Notes: generated by a model not told the origin, from the letters alone. A stretch of DNA of 64,000 nt from Candidatus Bruticola sp. (GCA_051874695.1 JBJEGC010000012.1:328-64327), one strand, 5' to 3'; counted from the first letter of the stretch, positions 1 through 9,840 are shown. Translations and numbers: made by a program.

Positions 1-1203
1 ACCGTAAAATTCCAGATCATCCAGACTGATTTGGAAATGATGAAGAATGGCACTGAGCGTTGTCTGGCGTCTGGAAATTGCGAGAAGATCGGCTCTTCAG
101 AAGCTCTTTACTCTATGAAAGCCACCGGTACTGACGGTATCAAGGGCGTGCGTTCTCTTCAAGATCACCGTGAAGCTATTATTTCTATCTTTGACTGGAT
201 TGGTTCCGGCAAAGCTGGTATTGAAGGTGTCAGCAGCTTAAAAGATATAGATGCTGTAGGCTATCGCGTTCTGCACAGTGGTGAGCTTTTCAATAAATCT
301 GTTTTAATTGACGACGAAGTTCTGCAGGGTATTTTGGGATTAGCTTGCTTAGGTCCTCTGCATCAAATGGCCCAATACAAAGGTATGCTGGCCTGTAGGG
401 AAATTTTAGGTAACGACATTCCGCAAACGGCTGTTTTCGATACTTCGTTCCATTCAACAATGGAGCCGAAAGTTTTTCTGTACGGACTTCCTTACGAATA
501 TTACGAGCGCTACAAGATTCGCCGCTACGGATTCCACGGTACTTCCCACCGCTATATTACCCACAAGTATGCCGAGTTGACCGATACTCCCTTAGATAAG
601 GTCAATATCATTTCTTTGCATTTGGGCAATGGTAGCTCGGTGGCTGCCGTTAAAGGTGGCAAGTGTGTCGATACTTCTATGGGATTTACTCCTTTAGAAG
701 GTTTGCTTATGGGCACTCGCTGCGGCGATCTCGATGCTTCGGTTTTGCCCTTTATCATGGAGAAAGAGAATCTTACTCCGGCTCAGGTCGATACTCTTAT
801 GAATAAAAAGTCCGGCCTGTTGGGTATTTCCGGTTTGTCTTCTGATATGCGCGATATAGAAGAGGCCGCTGCTTCAGGTAATGAGAAAGCTAAGCTGGCT
901 TTAGATATGTTCTGCTTGCGTTTAGTTAAGTACATCGGCGCCTATATGGCTGAAATGGGCGGAGCAGATGCCATCGTCTTTACTGGTGGTATCGGCCAGA
1001 ATTCGCCTGTCACTCGTGCTCTGACTTGCGCCAATTTAGGATGCCTCGGTTTGGATCTCGATTCCGAGAAGAATGAGTCTTTGAAGCGTGGCAGTGCCGG
1101 TGAAATTTCTCAAACTGATTCTAAGAAGAAAATTTGGGTTATTCCCACCAATGAAGAGCTTATGATCGCTCGCGATGCCGTTATGTGCATGGAAGCTAAG
1201 TAA
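1..1203 (+). CDS. ackA: acetate kinase (5' partial; about 15 codons missing upstream of window)
   Basis: Motifs VFDTSFH, RRYGFHGTSHRY, GTRCGDLD, VFTGGIG and IPTNEE are colinear with E. coli AckA. The reading frame is open to position 1. Confidence 0.9.
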   Translation, partial: TVKFQIIQTDLEMMKNGTERCLASGNCEKIGSSEALYSMKATGTDGIKGVRSLQDHREAIISIFDWIGSGKAGIEGVSSLKDIDAVGYRVLHSGELFNKSVLIDDEVLQGILGLACLGPLHQMAQYKGMLACREILGNDIPQTAVFDTSFHSTMEPKVFLYGLPYEYYERYKIRRYGFHGTSHRYITHKYAELTDTPLDKVNIISLHLGNGSSVAAVKGGKCVDTSMGFTPLEGLLMGTRCGDLDASVLPFIMEKENLTPAQVDTLMNKKSGLLGISGLSSDMRDIEEAAASGNEKAKLALDMFCLRLVKYIGAYMAEMGGADAIVFTGGIGQNSPVTRALTCANLGCLGLDLDSEKNESLKRGSAGEISQTDSKKKIWVIPTNEELMIARDAVMCMEAK

Positions 1204-1243
1204 TTCACTTCCAGAGTGTTTTAGACTGATTAGTCTGTAAAAA

Positions 1244-1283
1244 AGGGCTCCGGTTTACCATAAAACCGGCAGCCCTTTTTTTG
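1244..1283. terminator. rho-independent terminator between convergent genes
   Basis: GGGCTGCCGGTTT...AAACCGGAGCCC inverted repeat, flanked by an A-run on one side and TTTTTTT on the other. Confidence 0.6.
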
Positions 1284-1315
1284 TCTTAAGCGAAGTCTGT
1301 TATATGAAAAGTCCG

Positions 1316-2407
1316 CTATTTTAAAATTATCGTGTGATCGCTCATCATAGCTGAACGTATATCTTTGGGAGAACTCTGGTCAATAGGCTTGACTATATCG
1401 TAAGCCAATCGAAGCCCAGCGTAAAGACTTATTAAAATCAGAAAAGTACCCAAAGCAAAGCCGCAGTTAGATGTAGCAATGGGGTAGAGACGATAGTCTA
1501 AAGGCAGGAAGCCTAAGAACATTGCTCCTCCCAACAGCCCGAAACTAAAACCACGTTTGTCTGGTAGAACCTTTGCTAGAGCCCAAAAAGTAAGGGGGCA
1601 GCTCATAGACAGAGTGAAAACTGCCAAACACCCGATTAAAGTCTGATCTGACCAAAAAAATAGACAGATAGAGACTATCAGAGAAAAAGACGCCGTTTTC
1701 ATAAAGCCGAATCGATCGCTGAGGAAACTGCCCATCAATTGCCCCAAGGCAACGGCCAACATTAGTGCCCAGATATAATCTTTGGGCCAAGGTGAGTCAA
1801 GTCCGCAAATCAGGTAGGATCGCACCGTCATGGAGCAGACTAACAGTAAAACGGTCAGCACAGTTAGTTTTTCAAAGCTCCAAGGTTTAAAAACCGTATT
1901 GTCTGATTGGAAGCTTGGATTTTTTCTGTACTGGAATACGGCAATGAGGGTCAGGGCAGTGAGAACAGCAATAATGGGCCAGACTGTGGACTCTGTCGGT
2001 TGTCCGCAGCCCGCTGCCGTTCCTAAGTACCACCCTAACCCCCCCATGGCCAGAAATATACTTAGCGGTAGAGATTTACTTTGGCTGTAATTGAGCACTT
2101 CTGCTCCGCTGCCCGCATAGAAAAGGGCACTCCCTAAACCAGCCAGGATGACTAAGGCCAAAGGATGCATGGCAAAGCCGCACCCTACCGCAGCCATCAG
2201 GCAGCCAAAAACGGCCAGAACGGCATTGTGGTTTAACTTATCAGCTAGAATTCCCAGCGGAGCTTGTAGCCCGAAAGCACAAAAATTGTAAATAAGAGCC
2301 AGCATCTCCCAGTTGGCAAAGTTTGGAGCTGCGTTAGCAAAATAAGCAAAAGCGCAAGCAAAGTCGAGCAGAGCATGCGCTAAAGCGTAAACTATAACCA
2401 GACTCAT
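1316..2407 (-). CDS. MFS-like polytopic membrane transporter
   Basis: About 12 predicted hydrophobic helices. GILADKLNHN resembles MFS motif A. Its start overlaps the upstream stop, indicating translational coupling. Confidence 0.6.
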   Translation of the reverse strand: MSLVIVYALAHALLDFACAFAYFANAAPNFANWEMLALIYNFCAFGLQAPLGILADKLNHNAVLAVFGCLMAAVGCGFAMHPLALVILAGLGSALFYAGSGAEVLNYSQSKSLPLSIFLAMGGLGWYLGTAAGCGQPTESTVWPIIAVLTALTLIAVFQYRKNPSFQSDNTVFKPWSFEKLTVLTVLLLVCSMTVRSYLICGLDSPWPKDYIWALMLAVALGQLMGSFLSDRFGFMKTASFSLIVSICLFFWSDQTLIGCLAVFTLSMSCPLTFWALAKVLPDKRGFSFGLLGGAMFLGFLPLDYRLYPIATSNCGFALGTFLILISLYAGLRLAYDIVKPIDQSSPKDIRSAMMSDHTIILK

Positions 2408-3883
2408 TTATTTTTTCTTACTCGGTTTTTTAAATATACTACTCAAGATGCCGTCGTTTCCGGATGAGGTGTTTTGGGATTCTTTCCCAGACGACTCCTT
2501 ATTATCCGCTGTTTCGTGAGCCTCAACCCTGGAACCGTCAGTTTCGTTAGGTTGCACTTGATCTTCCTTTTTGTATTCAAGTGTGCCGTTAACAATCATT
2601 TTTACCTGGCTCTTAGCCACTTCATGAGTAGACAACACGCACATGTGCGGAATATCATTACAGATCAGCTCCGAGACAAAACGGCGCAGCTCCGGAGTAG
2701 TAATGATAACGCTCGGATTACCTGCAGCATGAAGTTTTTCCTTGATACAGGATATAATGCGGTCTGTCAGAGTTTTGAGGTCATCGCTTGTTTCTGTACT
2801 GTTTTGTATATGCTTGAGTTTATGCAGGTCAGCTTCCAATTTATCGCCGGTTACTGCTGCCTGCAGTTCCTCGTTGGGAGTCAAATTGGACCAGCAGATT
2901 TGTCTGGCCAAGGCTAATCTGCAGCTTTCCGCCAGCTTTTCGATAACACTTTCTTTTAGGCTGATATGGTCAATCATACCGTCGCCTACAGTTTCTAAAA
3001 TGGTGACCATGTTGTTTAAAGCAACACGTTCGCGCAGCAGTGACTGTAGAACACGGCGTAAAATGCGGAGTTTTAAGCTGTCTTGAAGGAATTCATTGAC
3101 TACAATTGGATGGGTAATCTGTAAACGGGAAATTAAATTAAAGGTATCTTGCAGGCCCAGAAGTTCGGGAGCAGATTCTAGCATAACACTTTTCAGATGG
3201 GTGAGTAGTACCTGAAGTGGACTAACCAGCAGGCATCCCGACTGTTCAGCCTTCTCTCGAAGATCGGCTTCAATCCATTTGGCTTTCATGCGGTAGGTCG
3301 GTTCAATTGCTGCCCACCCTTCTAAGGCAGAAAGCTGCTCGAATGAACCTATAGCTAAGAATCTATCTAAGTAGAGCTCACCTGAGGCTATAGGGGAGTT
3401 ATGCAGTAAAATTTTGTAGCAGCAGGGATCGAGGTTTAAATTGTCCTTGATGCGCACACCAGCCGGAACTAATCCGGATTCTTTCGCTATTTCATCGCGC
3501 AGTCCCGGCATTGCTGCAACCAGAGGAGCACTGCACTGAGGATCGAGTAAAATTAACAATCTTTTGCCGAGTTCCAAAACAACAGGATCTTGATACACAT
3601 AGGGATCTATACCCGGTTCTGTGGATCCCTCAAACGACATAGTTAGCTCCCCGGCAACGTTCCAACCTTCGTTAACTAAGCGCATAAGGGCCTGTTGTAG
3701 CTCTGCATCCAGAACGCAGTTCTCACCGACATAAAGGAGGGCGTCTTCTTGGTCGCGAGTCATCTTTATGTACACTTGCTGGCCCCTCTCACTGCGTTTC
3801 CAGGGCATAAAATCGTCTTTGTAGCTCTTAAGAGAAAAGAGTTTTATTTCATTTGTTGTTTCATCTATTTGAGGAAGCGGCAT
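2408..3883 (-). CDS. FlhA/SctV-family cytoplasmic domain protein (FHIPEP C-terminal domain only, no transmembrane region)
   Basis: Colinear with FlhA residues about 350-690: LVPAGVRIKDNLNLDPCCYKILLHNSPIASGELYL matches LPPVVHIRDNMDLQPARYRILMKGVEIGSG, and LRILRRVLQSLLRERVALNNMVTILETVGD matches LHKVLQNLLAEKVPIRDMRTILETLAE. No hydrophobic segments. AGGAG lies 13 nt upstream of the ATG. Confidence 0.7.
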   Translation of the reverse strand: MPLPQIDETTNEIKLFSLKSYKDDFMPWKRSERGQQVYIKMTRDQEDALLYVGENCVLDAELQQALMRLVNEGWNVAGELTMSFEGSTEPGIDPYVYQDPVVLELGKRLLILLDPQCSAPLVAAMPGLRDEIAKESGLVPAGVRIKDNLNLDPCCYKILLHNSPIASGELYLDRFLAIGSFEQLSALEGWAAIEPTYRMKAKWIEADLREKAEQSGCLLVSPLQVLLTHLKSVMLESAPELLGLQDTFNLISRLQITHPIVVNEFLQDSLKLRILRRVLQSLLRERVALNNMVTILETVGDGMIDHISLKESVIEKLAESCRLALARQICWSNLTPNEELQAAVTGDKLEADLHKLKHIQNSTETSDDLKTLTDRIISCIKEKLHAAGNPSVIITTPELRRFVSELICNDIPHMCVLSTHEVAKSQVKMIVNGTLEYKKEDQVQPNETDGSRVEAHETADNKESSGKESQNTSSGNDGILSSIFKKPSKKK

Positions 3884-3914
3884 ATTAAGTTCACGACTCC
3901 TGAAAATAATAAAA

Positions 3915-3946
3915 ACGGGAACGTTGATAATATTAACGTTCCCGGA
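3915..3946 (-). terminator. rho-independent terminator downstream of the secreted/lipoprotein gene
   Basis: Perfect inverted repeat CGGGAACGTT-gataatatt-AACGTTCCCG, followed on the minus strand by a U-rich tract (GTTTTTATTATTTTC). Confidence 0.5.
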
Positions 3947-3957
3947 GAAAAACTTAT

Positions 3958-4782
3958 TTATATAGCCGGGGTGGGCTGAACGGAACCATCTTCAGGCATT
4001 GTCTCATGATAGTGCGGAGTCGGCACCGCCTCGGGAACTCCGCTGCTGTCTGCAGAAATTGAGTTGTCCTGAATTGCCTCCGAGCTCTCGGAGACACTTT
4101 GCGCGTTAGAAGCTGCATCGGAAATGCTGTCTGCTTCTTTCGGTACATAATCGGTGCTAGGAGAAGGTTCGTCTTCAGAAACTATGTTGGTCTCTACCGG
4201 CTCATCTTTGGGCTTTGATAAAGGAGTTCCTTCTAAAGGAAGGCTGATCACTTTGCTCGTCGGAGCCTTTTGACTGGCTCCGGGAAGATTAAAGTTGATA
4301 GGAGTTTCTGCTTCAATATAAGCTAATTCTCCGGAAGAAGTAAGGGCCAGATTAACTCCCAGCGCTTCTTTGAGGTAAGCAGCCAGAGGAGGGCAGTTGA
4401 CCGATTTTACATTGCCGGTTACTACCACTATGCTGCTGTTTGGGCTTTTATAAGCTTCTTCAGGAACATCGGAAGGAGCCTGTACCAAAATAGCCTCTGA
4501 GGGAGCTTTGGAGTTTAGCAAAATAAAGAAAGCCTTAATATTGTTAGGGGCCTGCCCTCCTAAGGCAGCCAAATGTTCCTTTATATCCGGAGCGGAACTG
4601 TACAGTGCCGTTCCTTCAATACTCTCGTAGCGGTCAGCAGCCGGAGATGACATTTTGAAGCTGCTGTTTTTTATAACAGTCGGAGCCGGTTTTGTGGCAG
4701 AATTTTTGCTGCAAGCGGGAGTGAAAAGAGCTGCAGCGCCGAGTAAAGCAATGAGTATAAAAGTTGAGAACTTACATTTCAT
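3958..4782 (-). CDS. secreted protein / probable lipoprotein with acidic Ser-rich C-terminal tail
   Basis: N-terminal signal peptide MKCKFSTFILIALLGAAALFTPAC, with a Cys after the hydrophobic core in a loose lipobox. The C-terminus is low-complexity and rich in D, E and S. Confidence 0.55.
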   Translation of the reverse strand: MKCKFSTFILIALLGAAALFTPACSKNSATKPAPTVIKNSSFKMSSPAADRYESIEGTALYSSAPDIKEHLAALGGQAPNNIKAFFILLNSKAPSEAILVQAPSDVPEEAYKSPNSSIVVVTGNVKSVNCPPLAAYLKEALGVNLALTSSGELAYIEAETPINFNLPGASQKAPTSKVISLPLEGTPLSKPKDEPVETNIVSEDEPSPSTDYVPKEADSISDAASNAQSVSESSEAIQDNSISADSSGVPEAVPTPHYHETMPEDGSVQPTPAI

Positions 4783-4891
4783 GTTATTTAGGCCTCAAAA
4801 TAAAAAGTTGTGCGGCAGGACCGCAGCCTATCTCTCTGGCGTCAATTAGCAAATACCAACTCTCGAAGTTCCTTATTTTGTGTAAATATCC

Positions 4892-7800
4892 TTGCATAGG
4901 AAAAGAGAGATCCTTTCTCGAAGGTTTCACGCAATGTCTAAGTTCTACACTATCGAAGAAGTTTCTGAATTAATCAACGTTCCGGCCGACGTTATTCGTG
5001 AATGGATAACTGAAGGAAAAGCATCTGCTTCCCGTCGTGCCGGCGATGTGGTTTTGCGTCATCACGAGGTTCAGCGTCTCCTAGCCGAATATGGAGAAAA
5101 TGATGACAGCGCTAAGGAAACCGGCAACACTGATATAAAAAGCGGCTCCTTAGATTCGTCGTCTAACGGTTACATTGGCGGATCTGCTCAAAATAATGCT
5201 GACGATCCGGCCAGTTACTACGGGTATCCCAATCCAGAGCCGGAACCTGAGCCCGAGCCGGAAGAAACAGAGAAATTTAAGCCTCCGACGGCCCCCACTC
5301 CGCCTTCGGGTGTAGGTGCCTCTCCGGCTAAACTTGTTTTGAATAGCCGAGCCGTTGCCATTGTGAACAGTATTCCCGATGGTCCGATCGATGGCGACGC
5401 TACCGTTAGCATTTCTGCGCCTATTACTTTTGAAAGCTTAGTAGGAACTGCCCCGGCTCTAGATTATTCGTCTTTTTACGATCGAGAACTCGATGAGTAC
5501 GAATCACAGTTGCGCTATTTGGAAATGGAACTTCCGCTGCGTCCCAGTTCTTCTGAAAATGGTTCGGCAGCCGATCAGCGTGTTTCTACGTCGAATTTAG
5601 ACGGTAGAAATGCCAAGGGCAGTGAAGATGAATCTATTAGCGCAGCTCAACTTGAGCATGCTATCGAGCGCACGGTTGAACCTTTGGCCAGAGCTCAAGC
5701 CAGACTCATCAAGTTGTTTAACGAGTCACGTGAAGAATCGCGGCGGCCTACAGCCCTGCCTGCTCCCGGCGGCAGTGCTTCCGACAAAGCTTTGGCTCGT
5801 ATAGAAGAGAAGCTCGCTAAAATGCAGAGCAAACTGGAGACTCCTACCGAATCGAACAATAAGCCTGCCAGTCTTTTAGCAGAAAACGTAACTAACAGCT
5901 TGCGCCAAGAACTAGCCTCTTTACGAACTTTCTGCGCAGAGCGTTTCACAGATATAAATGCTAAGCCTGTTGCTCCTTCTCAGGAAATTATCGATAGTTT
6001 GAAAGAGATAAAAGCCTCTGTAGACAGGTTGGCCGCTAAGCAGGATCCTTCGTCTATCAGTGTCGGCTTGAGCAGCTTACAGAAAAAGTACGATCTGCTA
6101 ACGCAGAAATATAACAATTTACGTATTGAGCATGAGCGCATGGCCCAAGAACACTCTGCTGTTAGTGAGGCCGGAGCTGATGTCGATGATATTCTGAACC
6201 GTTTAGAGGTACTGCGGGCTCCTCTCGATGCTTACGGCCTTGAAGTTGGCGATTTTATGGAAAAAATTGTCAGTCATATCGATGAGCTGAGTACAGCTAA
6301 GCGCGATTTGGTCAGAAAATACTCCGATTTGGAAAAGAATTACAGCGAGTGTGAGGCCCGTTATGAAGCTTGTGAAGAGGAGTCGTCTGCTTTCCAAGTT
6401 TTAGTCGGCAATCTGCAGCAGGAAAACCGTACTCTCAAAGACGAGCTTGATAATTTGGAAGCTGAAAATTCTAAAGCTAAAGAAGAACTAGTCGAGTTGG
6501 AAAATTTGCGCGAAACCTGTCTCAATTTGCAGCATACGGCTAGCGGTTCCGATGAGGCTTTCACCAAACTTCAAGAAGAGTATTTGGGCTTGCAAGAACA
6601 GAATAAAGATCTGCTTAGGAAATTGCAAAGCGCCGATAACGAGCTTAAAGATACGCTTTTAAAAATGCAGGAAGGCAAATCTGACAGTGCAGCTGCGGCA
6701 GCTGCTTTGCAGTCTGAACTGAGCAGTAGAGAAGAAGCGCTGCGCGATTTTGAGGCCCGCATTGAAGAGCTTTCTATCCAGTTAGGTAAAACGATTGAAG
6801 ATTATGAGGCCTCTTCAAGTGAGCTGAATGAAATGAAGTCTCTGCTTGGAGAAGCTAAAGAAGAGGCGGAAGAGGCCCGCAGCCAGTTGGCTCAGGCAAA
6901 TGAAGCCTACAACGACCTTTCAGAGGCTTACAAACAGAAAGAAGAAGAGGCTAAAGGAGCCAAAGCGGAGCTGTTGCAGCTGCAGACAGTGGTAAGGTCT
7001 ACTCGGGCTCAGTCAGCTGAATTAGAAAATATGGCTGCTGAAGCTCACAAAGAGGCCTCGGAAGCTTTAGCTAAGCTCAAAGAAGCTGAGAATCGTTTGG
7101 AAGAGGCCGAAAAAGATTTTGAGGCTCAGCAGGTAAAAACCGAAGAAGTTGAGGCCTCCAGGGAGGAACTTCGAGAACAGCTGAGTTTAGCTCAGAGAGA
7201 GACTGAGGAACTCTTGGCTAAAGCTCAAGAAGAGAGTCAGCAGGCTTTAGAGCTTATGCAAAGTGAGCTTGAAGCAGCTAGGGCGAAAGCTGAAGCCAGT
7301 GCTATTGAACTGGCTCAGCAGATTGAAAGCATGGCAGCCAAAGATAAGGCTATCATGGAAACTTCTGCCAGGATGGAAAGTGAAAAAGTGCGCCTATTGA
7401 GACGAATTAATACGCTCCAGGCCAAAAATGAAGCTTTACAGGCAGAAATTGAAGAAAGTCACGAGTTAGGCAACAGCTACGAGTCTGCTAAAGTTGTAGA
7501 GTTGCAGGATCGTCTTGAGGCTGTTACTTTCGAACTCAATGAAACTAAAGACAAGTTAAAAGAATATGAAGAACGTGGTGCCACCGACGGTAGCGGTAGT
7601 CTGGAGCTAGAGGAAGCTTTAAACCAGCTGCAGACTTTAAAGTCTGAAAATGACGAGCTGCGTTACGAACTGTCAGTGCGCGATAATGCCGATGATTTGC
7701 ATAAGCAGTCAGCCGAGATGCTGGAAGCGATAGCTAATTTTGAAGCTGAGAATGCAGAGAAAGATCGCCTTATCGAGGAGTCGCACCAAGATCGGGCTCG

Positions 7801-7987
7801 TTTGCGCGAGGAGTTGGAGCGTGTTAAGCAGTCTCTCTTTGAGCAGCAGCAGCTTTACGAGCGTGAGCGCAAAGAGTGGTCTGAAATTTTAGCTAAGCAG
7901 GTTAAGGGAGAAGGCGTTGACACTGGAGTAGATTCTCCGCGTCGAAGTGGATTTAAACTGTTTAGAAATAGGGGTGGTTCTATTTAG
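4892..7987 (+). CDS. HTH (MerR/excisionase-type) DNA-binding domain fused to a (PE)n linker and a 750-aa coiled-coil protein
   Basis: The N-terminal FYTIEEVSELINVPADVIREWITEG...RHHEVQRLL matches the HTH_17/excisionase fold. PEPEPEPEPE follows. From about aa 250 to the end the sequence is E/K/A/L/Q-rich heptad-like, as in SMC arms or myosin tails. Likely true start: the ATG at about 4934 (MSKFYT). Confidence 0.8.
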   Translation: MHRKREILSRRFHAMSKFYTIEEVSELINVPADVIREWITEGKASASRRAGDVVLRHHEVQRLLAEYGENDDSAKETGNTDIKSGSLDSSSNGYIGGSAQNNADDPASYYGYPNPEPEPEPEPEETEKFKPPTAPTPPSGVGASPAKLVLNSRAVAIVNSIPDGPIDGDATVSISAPITFESLVGTAPALDYSSFYDRELDEYESQLRYLEMELPLRPSSSENGSAADQRVSTSNLDGRNAKGSEDESISAAQLEHAIERTVEPLARAQARLIKLFNESREESRRPTALPAPGGSASDKALARIEEKLAKMQSKLETPTESNNKPASLLAENVTNSLRQELASLRTFCAERFTDINAKPVAPSQEIIDSLKEIKASVDRLAAKQDPSSISVGLSSLQKKYDLLTQKYNNLRIEHERMAQEHSAVSEAGADVDDILNRLEVLRAPLDAYGLEVGDFMEKIVSHIDELSTAKRDLVRKYSDLEKNYSECEARYEACEEESSAFQVLVGNLQQENRTLKDELDNLEAENSKAKEELVELENLRETCLNLQHTASGSDEAFTKLQEEYLGLQEQNKDLLRKLQSADNELKDTLLKMQEGKSDSAAAAAALQSELSSREEALRDFEARIEELSIQLGKTIEDYEASSSELNEMKSLLGEAKEEAEEARSQLAQANEAYNDLSEAYKQKEEEAKGAKAELLQLQTVVRSTRAQSAELENMAAEAHKEASEALAKLKEAENRLEEAEKDFEAQQVKTEEVEASREELREQLSLAQRETEELLAKAQEESQQALELMQSELEAARAKAEASAIELAQQIESMAAKDKAIMETSARMESEKVRLLRRINTLQAKNEALQAEIEESHELGNSYESAKVVELQDRLEAVTFELNETKDKLKEYEERGATDGSGSLELEEALNQLQTLKSENDELRYELSVRDNADDLHKQSAEMLEAIANFEAENAEKDRLIEESHQDRARLREELERVKQSLFEQQQLYERERKEWSEILAKQVKGEGVDTGVDSPRRSGFKLFRNRGGSI

Positions 7988-8020
7988 AACTTTTAGTTCT
8001 TAAATTAAGAGCGCCAGTAG

Positions 8021-8059
8021 AGCGGTTTGCTTTATGTTAAGGTAGACCGCTTTTTTTTT
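8021..8059 (+). terminator. rho-independent terminator
   Basis: Hairpin AGCGGT...ACCGCT followed by T9. Confidence 0.55.
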
Positions 8060-8136
8060 ACTAGTCTGGGTAATATTAGGCTTTTCTGTTAATAATGCAG
8101 GCAGCCTGTTGAGGCCGGGAAGAAAGAGAGCCGTAC

Positions 8137-9819
8137 ATGGGGCAAAAAGATAAAAATTCCACCGATATAAAGCAACTGGGGCTAGTTGCCGCACTAATGA
8201 GTTTGGGCTATGTATTCTGGGTAGTCGGTGCTATGGAAATGGTAGAGCGCTTGGCTTATTATGGCGTACGTGCAGTAGCTGGCCTTTATGCAACAGCTCC
8301 CGTATCTGAAGGAGGTTTAGGAGTTACTGCTGCCAAATTCGGTATCATTTTAATGGTTTGGTCTGGTTTTCAAGGCTTTATTCCAATCTTTGTCGGTGGC
8401 TTAGCCGACCGTTATGGATATAAGCTTATGATTGGCATCTCTACAGCTGTGAAAATGAGTGCTTATCTGATTATGGCAGCTTTTCCTACTTTTTATGGCT
8501 TTTTAGTAGGCGCTGTATGCTTAGCTACAGGTACAGCTATATTCAAACCCGGTATTCAAGGCACTTTGGCAAAAGCTACTAAGCCGGAAAACAGTTCCAT
8601 GGCTTGGGGAGTTTTCTACCAAACGGTTAATATTGGAGGCTTTATCGGTCCTGTATTAGCCGGCTTTTTAAGAAAAATGGAGTGGAGCCATGTCTTTTTG
8701 GCTTGTGCCATGATTATTGCCTGTAATTTTTTGCTGTTATTAACTTATAAAGAACCGGGCTTAGAAGAACGCTTGGCTAAAGCCAAGGAGCGTGAGGCTA
8801 AAAAAGAAAAGCAGAAGAATATAGTTTGGGAAACTATTAATGAATTGCGCCGTCCCCATTTGTTTGTATTTTTGGCCATTTTTACCGGTTTCTATTTTAT
8901 GTTTAACTGCATGTTCGATGTACTGCCTCTTCACATTCGAGATTGGGTTGACAGCCGTGATGTAGTTTCCACCGTGTCGCATTTCCTCAATACTGATAAT
9001 GCCGTAGTCGGTTTTATCATGATTTTAGATAAGACTAAATCGTATATTCAGCCTGAAGGCATGTTAAATTTGAACTGCGGCATGATTATGTTTACTTGTT
9101 TCTTCTTTGCTTGGTTGTCATCTAAAATGCGCATTCTGCACAGTATAGCTTTGGGTACGGCTTTGGCTGCTGTTTCTATGTGCTTAATTGGCATATCTCA
9201 TATGGGCTGGTTCTGCCTGTTGTCTATTGCCGTTTTCAGTGTCGGTGAAATGATGTCTAGTCCTAAATTTAGTGAGTTTGTAGGTACTCATCTGGCTTCG
9301 CATGATAAAAAGGGAATGTACTTAGGTTTGGGCCAGATGTCTTTTGCTATAGGCTCCACATTGGAAGGGTTGGTTGCTCCTCGACTGTACGATAAGCTGG
9401 CTTCTAAAGATACTTTTTCCAGACAAATGCTGGTTGATAGTAATTTAATGACTTCTGCTCAAGCAGAGGCTATTAAGCCTGGTGAGGCTTTTGAACAACT
9501 AGTTTCTTTGAGTGGCCGAAGCGCCGACGAGTTGACTCAATTTATGTACCATCACCACAATGTAGCCAGCATGTGGGAAATTATGGCTTGTATCGGTTTT
9601 GCTACTGCAGTACTCATTTTAATCTATGCTGTTTGGTGGGCTAAAACTGGACACAGTGCCGCTGTAGCAGATTCTGCTCAAATAAAAGATGCGGATGGTG
9701 AAAGTAGCAGCTCAACTGAACAAAAACTATCAGTATCAGCTTTATCCGAACAGGCGACAGATGCAGAGTCTACTCGGAATACTAAGGAGCAGAAGGTAGA
9801 TAGTTCCGGAAGTCATTAA
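8137..9819 (+). CDS. MFS transporter, POT/PTR2 (peptide transporter)-like
   Basis: ERLAYYGVRA is a POT signature (ExxERFxYYG). GGLADRYGYK motif present. 12 or more hydrophobic segments, plus an acidic C-terminal tail. Confidence 0.7.
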   Translation: MGQKDKNSTDIKQLGLVAALMSLGYVFWVVGAMEMVERLAYYGVRAVAGLYATAPVSEGGLGVTAAKFGIILMVWSGFQGFIPIFVGGLADRYGYKLMIGISTAVKMSAYLIMAAFPTFYGFLVGAVCLATGTAIFKPGIQGTLAKATKPENSSMAWGVFYQTVNIGGFIGPVLAGFLRKMEWSHVFLACAMIIACNFLLLLTYKEPGLEERLAKAKEREAKKEKQKNIVWETINELRRPHLFVFLAIFTGFYFMFNCMFDVLPLHIRDWVDSRDVVSTVSHFLNTDNAVVGFIMILDKTKSYIQPEGMLNLNCGMIMFTCFFFAWLSSKMRILHSIALGTALAAVSMCLIGISHMGWFCLLSIAVFSVGEMMSSPKFSEFVGTHLASHDKKGMYLGLGQMSFAIGSTLEGLVAPRLYDKLASKDTFSRQMLVDSNLMTSAQAEAIKPGEAFEQLVSLSGRSADELTQFMYHHHNVASMWEIMACIGFATAVLILIYAVWWAKTGHSAAVADSAQIKDADGESSSSTEQKLSVSALSEQATDAESTRNTKEQKVDSSGSH

Positions 9820-9840
9820 CCGATTGTGGCTTCAAAAAAA

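Noticed and set aside
552-758. 68-aa minus-strand ORF inside ackA.
   Set aside because: Antisense to a well-supported conserved CDS; no RBS; typical spurious ORF.
1545-2090. Two small ORFs (81 and 86 aa) inside the MFS-like gene.
   Set aside because: Embedded in, or antisense to, a long hydrophobic CDS; no independent support.
5218-6762. Several 60-84-aa minus-strand ORFs inside the coiled-coil gene.
   Set aside because: Antisense to a repetitive E/A/K/L-rich coding region, which produces open reverse frames by composition.
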